Origin: a virus
Lineage: Duplodnaviria; Caudoviricetes
Strand: one strand, 5' to 3'
Virus record (IMG/VR): IMGVR_UViG_3300031994_000032
Location: 67,748-131,747 of that record
DNA length: 64,000 nucleotides
In this document: positions 58,968-64,000 of the stretch, piece by piece
Numbering within the stretch: position 1 is the first letter of the stretch
How the letters are laid out: each line of letters starts with the position of its first letter
Position numbers and translations under genes: made by a program
Notes under the pieces: model-generated
What the model was told of the DNA's origin: nothing
Seen by the model: the letters and a program-made list of their open reading frames with translations, nothing else
The model's database searches: none

Positions 58968-59543
58968 TTATTTTCTAACAATATTCCTCCAGCGTCCTAT
59001 GGTCCTGATATAAAGCCAATCAAGAACACTAATTAAAAACCATATGGTATTTTTCCAAATCCTTACAAATGATTCCTTTATGTTGTTCTTAGTACTTTTC
59101 CATTCATAGTCAAGTTTAGTACTTTTCTTCGCATATTTCCAAGCATCCTCTCTTACAGCAAACGACGTATTTTCATACATCAGCATTCCATCTGTCGTAC
59201 AATTTGGCCATCCGAATTCCTCACAGTATTTTTTATAGATTCTTCCTCTTTCGTAGATATAGACAGGTTTTAAATCTTTGAAGATGTCAGACTCGTTTAT
59301 AAGTTTTGCGACCAAGTCAGGACCGTCAGCTTCCAATCTGTCAAGGATTTTCACAATCGCCTCATCATGACGGTTCCTTTTGACAATACTGTTGACTTTT
59401 ATTATCTTTCCGTCCATACTGAGCTCTATCAGGTCATGTACATATGCAGAACCTATACATACAGTCTTAGGTTTGTCAATGTTGTCATATACCTGTACGA
59501 TATATTTTATGTTGTAATGTTCTTTTAGATTCTTTACTCCCAT
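58968..59543 (-). CDS. hypothetical protein
   Basis: 191-aa ORF. Confidence 0.7.
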   Translation of the reverse strand: MGVKNLKEHYNIKYIVQVYDNIDKPKTVCIGSAYVHDLIELSMDGKIIKVNSIVKRNRHDEAIVKILDRLEADGPDLVAKLINESDIFKDLKPVYIYERGRIYKKYCEEFGWPNCTTDGMLMYENTSFAVREDAWKYAKKSTKLDYEWKSTKNNIKESFVRIWKNTIWFLISVLDWLYIRTIGRWRNIVRK

Positions 59544-59557
59544 ATCTTGATAGTTTA

Positions 59558-59917
59558 TCAGTTTTTCTCTACTACAGTAGGTGTTTCTTGTGTAAATGTT
59601 CTATGGAAAAAACATTTAATTGAATATATGTACGTTTTTCTCAATTCACTCCGTCTTACAGGTTCAGCAGGAATCTTTCTCCAGTGTGTTACAACACAAT
59701 CGTTGTTTAGAAAATATTGATGTGTTTTGTCATCATCACAAGTATGCCAACCTGATAATCCCAATTCGGCAACTTCAGGAATTGCACGAATGCCTTTACC
59801 ATTGCAGTCTACGAAGGATATCAACACCCAATCCCAATCTGGACTTGTAGGTAGATAATACTTTGTAGGAATCCAAAATCCCAACTTTGCAAGCAAGTTC
59901 CAAAATAATTTTTTCAT
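59558..59917 (-). CDS. hypothetical protein (DUF551-like)
   Basis: 'LP..D..VL' and VTHWRKIP motif. Confidence 0.55.
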   Translation of the reverse strand: MKKLFWNLLAKLGFWIPTKYYLPTSPDWDWVLISFVDCNGKGIRAIPEVAELGLSGWHTCDDDKTHQYFLNNDCVVTHWRKIPAEPVRRSELRKTYIYSIKCFFHRTFTQETPTVVEKN

Positions 59918-59952
59918 ACCTTATGATTTTATCAAGATTTTTAAGTTGTCGG

Positions 59953-60240
59953 TTACTCAATATCAGTACCTTGTTCTTCAAGCATCTTGAGGTTATATGA
60001 GAAGTCTACGGGACATTCAGGATCTTGTTCCCGTAAAATTTCTTTAGGTGTCGCAGGTATGAAAACAACTTCAATCGATTTATACTGTCCGTCATCTTGA
60101 AGCTCGACATTAAAACCTTTCACATTACAAAGGTTAATTCCAAAATTGTTTGGAAATACGCTTAAGAACGCTGATGGAATAAGACAGTCCATTTTGTCTG
60201 CATTATCAACAGCTGTCTGAATTGAAATGAATTTTTTCAT
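59953..60240 (-). CDS. hypothetical protein
   Basis: 95-aa ORF in a minus-strand array. Confidence 0.65.
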   Translation of the reverse strand: MKKFISIQTAVDNADKMDCLIPSAFLSVFPNNFGINLCNVKGFNVELQDDGQYKSIEVVFIPATPKEILREQDPECPVDFSYNLKMLEEQGTDIE

Positions 60241-60279
60241 ATTAATTGAAATTTATAGTTAATAAATTATAAAACGTCA

Positions 60280-60906
60280 TTACTTTATGTTTCTAAAACT
60301 TGTTTTTCTGTCAAACCCGTTACAAAGGATTTTCTCGTCATTAGTCCTTGTGTCAGAAATTTGTTTTTCATTGTTATGACTGATGTATGAATAAACATCA
60401 AGCCACATCTTTTCTGAATTTACAATTCCTGCATATTTCGTCCCTTCAAGAATCGGATTTTCTATCGACTTCTTGACTTTCAAAGATGGAATATGACGAA
60501 TTTCCCATACTATCGGAGCATTACTTTCCCTTTTAATCCTGTCAGGTCTTATATATTTATGCTTCTGTTTATCATATTCCTCCCAGACAGTTGTAATATT
60601 TCCTTTATCGTCATAATTGGCTGTAACAATGTTCATGTAAAAGGTGTCGCCTGTCCAAAGTATGACAGCCTGCTGCTTTATAGGTCTTCTATTTTTCAAC
60701 ATATGCTTTTGGAACTCTGTCCATGCCGTTAAACTGTCCAAACTGAAGAAATAATCCTTTATGTATTCTTCAACACCTATTGAGGCCTTATAAAAGTTGT
60801 CTTCAGCAAGCATACATCCATTACGTTCATAAACAACTTTCTCATCACGTCCCCATTTAGAGACCTGATAATCATAGAAGTCCTTTATTTTGTCAATAAT
60901 AACCAT
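60280..60906 (-). CDS. hypothetical phage protein
   Basis: 208 aa; KDFYDY start, GFDRKTSFR end. Confidence 0.7.
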   Translation of the reverse strand: MVIIDKIKDFYDYQVSKWGRDEKVVYERNGCMLAEDNFYKASIGVEEYIKDYFFSLDSLTAWTEFQKHMLKNRRPIKQQAVILWTGDTFYMNIVTANYDDKGNITTVWEEYDKQKHKYIRPDRIKRESNAPIVWEIRHIPSLKVKKSIENPILEGTKYAGIVNSEKMWLDVYSYISHNNEKQISDTRTNDEKILCNGFDRKTSFRNIK

Positions 60907-60918
60907 AGCTGTTCAATT

Positions 60919-61170
60919 TTAGAAAACGCCTGTAATATCAACAATCTGACATGAACGTTCTTCTTCAATCCCTCTAATAATATTGGATTTAATCTTGGCA
61001 AGTTCTACCTCGCTAGTACCTGCAGGTATTTTTTTCTTTATTGTGTCAATATATTTCATTTTGGCAACTTCGCCTATTTTGAAAATGACAGGTCTAAGGA
61101 CCTTGCATGTAAGCGTTCCAGATTCGGTAATGAACCTTACCATAAAACGTTCTTTTTTATTTGCTTCCAT
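60919..61170 (-). CDS. hypothetical protein
   Basis: 83-aa ORF. Confidence 0.6.
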   Translation of the reverse strand: MEANKKERFMVRFITESGTLTCKVLRPVIFKIGEVAKMKYIDTIKKKIPAGTSEVELAKIKSNIIRGIEEERSCQIVDITGVF

Positions 61171-61501
61171 ACTGCTGATCCCTTCTGAATACGCAATTAA
61201 TGAATGGAAGAGGCTCGCTACCTATGAGCTCTATGTTGCATAAATTATGAAACTGCGCTCTTACTGTGTCACCGTATTTCCAATAATCACGGATATTACT
61301 TGAATTTACAGTTCCTTCAAAGGAATCGTTAAGACTGAAAGGAAATTCCAATTTATCGAAATGATCCTCGATATATTGTCTTACATCACCTTTGTACTTT
61401 ACGATGTTCTCAACGCCTTGTATGAATTCTTCTTTTGTCATTGCTGTATAATTTAGTTCTTTTATTTTAATTATAATGTTAATTATCTTGTTTTGATTCA
61501 T
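61157..61501 (-). CDS. hypothetical protein
   Basis: ORF; start probably MTKEEF. Confidence 0.55.
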   Translation of the reverse strand: MNQNKIINIIIKIKELNYTAMTKEEFIQGVENIVKYKGDVRQYIEDHFDKLEFPFSLNDSFEGTVNSSNIRDYWKYGDTVRAQFHNLCNIELIGSEPLPFINCVFRRDQQYGSK

Positions 61502-62003
61502 TTTCGTCTACTGTCGGACGCATGAAGTCCAAAGATGTCTGTTTTACTTGTTCATCTTTAGAAAACTCCATACGTGTGAAATATTCGCTTAAATACATGT
61601 ATTCGCCGTCACGGTACACATAGTCTGTTCCTATATTTGTCATGTCCCAATTAATAGAAAGTCCAAGATCAACGCTTGACGGACTCTTTTTTAGGTTGAC
61701 AAGTCTTACAGTACTTCGTCCATTCATAACTCCGTCGACAATGACAGGCCTTCCACCTTCACGACATATAATATAGGATTCGTAGAATTCATTCTCGCTG
61801 TTCACAAGCAGCTGAAGTGATTTGTAACGGTCCTCAATCTTTCCATCAGTGTCCTTGTATCCTGATGCAGGTATGAAGATGAAGGCATTCCTTACTCTTG
61901 AACACACCTTCCATCCCTTGACTTCAGCGTCGAGGTCCGTCCAAATCCAATCACATTTGTCAATCAGCTCTTGAGCTTCTTTCTTTGTAGGCAGTCGTTT
62001 CAT
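61479..62003 (-). CDS. Bacteroidota 'VDLGL/RLPT' domain protein (Fib_succ_major/DUF1566-like), permuted
   Basis: RLPTKKE..EL...C.W.W, IFIPASG, VRLV, VDLGLSINW..NIG. Confidence 0.65.
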   Translation of the reverse strand: MKRLPTKKEAQELIDKCDWIWTDLDAEVKGWKVCSRVRNAFIFIPASGYKDTDGKIEDRYKSLQLLVNSENEFYESYIICREGGRPVIVDGVMNGRSTVRLVNLKKSPSSVDLGLSINWDMTNIGTDYVYRDGEYMYLSEYFTRMEFSKDEQVKQTSLDFMRPTVDENESKQDN

Positions 62004-62014
62004 ATTAAATCCTT

Positions 62015-62545
62015 TTATTCATTAAAACAGCTTCTGTCCTCCATATACCCGCAGTAGTCGCATCCGTATTTGGAATATTCAGCCTTATAAAAACTCAGCA
62101 TTCCACAGTGTGGACAGATTCTGACCTTTCTATACTTTACATATTCGTTATATTCGTTACATGTCGCCATATCCTTTATTTTCTTCCATGATTTGCTTGA
62201 CTCACGGAATCTCAGCCAGTATTTGGCAATGGTAAATCCTGTAACGAATTTCTTATTAAAAAACAACCGTTTAAGGAAATTCATCTTTTTGTACTCCTCA
62301 GTGACTTGAGGAACCACATCCCTGTTAATCCTGAAAAGATAGTTGTACTCGCTGAGGTTGTTGGTCCTGTATGCAGATATTCTGTTTCTGATGTTCGTGA
62401 TTTCGACATCATTGGATTCTGAATGCTCAAACAAATTACCTGTGTTCAGAATGTCAATCATTGTTTGAAGCTCCTTGATTCTGTCATTCTTCATCCTGAT
62501 ATTTGTCAAAGCTTTTATTGACTCGTTCTGTAAATCTGTAACCAT
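62015..62545 (-). CDS. hypothetical protein with C-terminal zinc ribbon
   Basis: CPHCG...CDYCG. Confidence 0.65.
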   Translation of the reverse strand: MVTDLQNESIKALTNIRMKNDRIKELQTMIDILNTGNLFEHSESNDVEITNIRNRISAYRTNNLSEYNYLFRINRDVVPQVTEEYKKMNFLKRLFFNKKFVTGFTIAKYWLRFRESSKSWKKIKDMATCNEYNEYVKYRKVRICPHCGMLSFYKAEYSKYGCDYCGYMEDRSCFNE

Positions 62546-62579
62546 GGTTTTTATATAATTTTAATGTTAAATGTTAATA

Positions 62580-62882
62580 TTATTTTTTAATCCGTTTGAA
62601 CTTCAGCTTCTCCAACCAGTCAATAATTTCTCCACATGACAGACCTGAAAATATCGCTGACCTGCTACCATAGTTTTTAAAGCCCTTCAGAAGCAACCGT
62701 TTGATTCTCTCATCTTCAGATTCCTTCAGTTCAGATTTCTTCAGTTCTGGAAATAGTTCTGTTAGAAATTTGTCATCTGTTATTGAGATCTGCTTCTTTT
62801 TGGCTATTTCAAGGGCACGATCATATGCCATTGCTTTCTCCTCTACAGTTTTTGCATTAGTTCCCATGTCAGCCTTCATCAA
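62580..62882 (-). CDS. hypothetical protein with FPEL.ESEDERI motif
   Basis: KAMAYDRAL...FPELK..ESEDERI, a motif I recall from Bacteroidales phages. Confidence 0.65.
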   Translation of the reverse strand: MMKADMGTNAKTVEEKAMAYDRALEIAKKKQISITDDKFLTELFPELKKSELKESEDERIKRLLLKGFKNYGSRSAIFSGLSCGEIIDWLEKLKFKRIKK

Positions 62883-63096
62883 TGATTCTCCATCTTTTTA
62901 TTTTGTCAGTGTCGACAATGTTATATTCGCAAGTCTCAAGCTCTTCGAGATACGCACTGATTTCCCCTTCTCCATTTTCATCGGTGAATCCCCAAGCTTT
63001 GACAATACATCCATCTTTCATTTCAAGCTCGAAGTAAGATGTTTTCCAGCTTAGTTCTGACATTATGTCTTTGTCTTTCTGCAGTATCCAATCCAT
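62869..63096 (-). CDS. hypothetical protein
   Basis: 75-aa coupled ORF. Confidence 0.6.
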   Translation of the reverse strand: MDWILQKDKDIMSELSWKTSYFELEMKDGCIVKAWGFTDENGEGEISAYLEELETCEYNIVDTDKIKRWRIIDEG

Positions 63097-63100
63097 AGCT

Positions 63101-63475
63101 TTACTTATTTAAGAATTTATTATTCGATTCCTGAATTACGCAGACAGTCTTCATACGTTTCATGTATTCGTCAAATGCATCACGATAGTCTTCTTCAGAT
63201 TTCTTTGTGTATTCAATTATACGGTCATTTATCAGGTTTCTTACCTTATCAGATTCAAGTTCAAAAACAAGGACTTCATCATAATATACCCAGAATCCGG
63301 TATCTTCTTTATATGTAAAAGAACGTTCTGACGTTACAACCGCACTGTTGCCATTGTAGCCAATTTTCAATGCATTGATTTGTTTAGCATAGGCTCCTGT
63401 AATTTTAGATTCTAAAATCGCACCCTTTCCATTGATTATCCATGCTTTGCCGAATAGTTCTTTAGGGAATTCCAT
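63101..63475 (-). CDS. hypothetical protein
   Basis: 124-aa ORF. Confidence 0.65.
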   Translation of the reverse strand: MEFPKELFGKAWIINGKGAILESKITGAYAKQINALKIGYNGNSAVVTSERSFTYKEDTGFWVYYDEVLVFELESDKVRNLINDRIIEYTKKSEEDYRDAFDEYMKRMKTVCVIQESNNKFLNK

Positions 63476-63508
63476 AATATAAGTATTTAAAAGTTTATAT
63501 TTAATGAT

Positions 63509-63718
63509 TCATTTTACTTTGATTTCATCGATTTCTTGTTGATGTTCATTAATTTCATCAACAAATTTCCGGTCAAGGTTTTTTATAGTGTTCATGAAGG
63601 TTTTGTCCTCTATAAACGGTGTACCACCCCAAGCACCATACTTTAGAATTTTTAAAGCACCTCTAGCACGCTTGAGATTTCTGATTTCCTTGTTAAGCTC
63701 TTTAATTTTCTGTTTCAT
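63509..63718 (-). CDS. hypothetical protein
   Basis: 69 aa, first gene after the early-promoter repeat. Confidence 0.65.
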   Translation of the reverse strand: MKQKIKELNKEIRNLKRARGALKILKYGAWGGTPFIEDKTFMNTIKNLDRKFVDEINEHQQEIDEIKVK

Positions 63719-63750
63719 AATCCTTAATGTTAATGTTAATATTATTTTCT

Positions 63751-63809
63751 GAGGTAAATATAATACAACATTTTTAAATGTGGATCAAAATTTTGAAAAA
63801 ATTTTATAA
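63751..63809 (-). promoter_or_regulatory. putative early promoter (copy of 9426-9483)
   Basis: gaggtaaatataataca...tggatcaaaa.tttgaaaaa.ttttataa is shared. Confidence 0.6.
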
Positions 63810-63812
63810 TTT

Positions 63813-64000
63813 TTAATTATATATCCCTTCAGGAGCTTCAAAGGCAAGGCCTTTTTTAATAAGTCCACGATAGTCGAAGTGATGTGCATTAAGCCAATCA
63901 ATTCCTCGCCAATTTTCCAATGGTGAAGTTTTTGTCCTTTGAAAAATTACGGGATAATGTTCTGGATCACGCACTAATGAACAGTAAATATTTATGAAGC
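63813..64000 (-). CDS. partial hypothetical protein (5' end outside the window)
   Basis: Reads ...IDWLNAHHFDYRGLIKKGLAFEAPEGIYN*, a C-terminus I recall from Bacteroidales phage proteins. Confidence 0.7.
   Translation of the reverse strand, partial: FINIYCSLVRDPEHYPVIFQRTKTSPLENWRGIDWLNAHHFDYRGLIKKGLAFEAPEGIYN

Noticed and set aside
1-64000. Stop-codon reassignment (as in Lak megaphages and some crAss-like phages)
   Set aside because: Core genes are full length in code 11, and TAG/TGA end genes at sensible boundaries (e.g. 19057, 27759, 2957)

Overview
A very AT-rich 64-kb segment of a T4-like (gp23/gp20/gp18/gp17/gp55) large or jumbo myophage, probably infecting Bacteroidota (TAnnTTTG-type promoters and Bacteroides/Prevotella-phage-style small ORFs). 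It uses the standard genetic code and almost all genes are on the minus strand. It holds UvsX/UvsY, the head/tail morphogenesis module, a lysis pair, an AAA ATPase/vWA cluster, a late sigma factor, an intein-containing terminase, two DNA methyltransferases, a thymidylate-synthase homologue, a solo TnpB and small early genes. Highlights: (1) a T4-CTS-like tag (L-x-[TSP]-F-x-x-[FVMY]-[LIV]-x-E) in about 11 unrelated proteins, including the whole AAA/vWA/DUF285 cluster, suggesting head-packaged, protease-matured cargo; (2) a 24-aa copy of the capsid N-arm peptide kept under protein-level selection in another protein; (3) a double ATP-grasp ligase/protease fusion; (4) a possible cytosine-hypermodification pair; (5) an inverted wHTH-PolA-like gene behind hairpins. 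All calls rest on motif recognition by eye; no database search was run.
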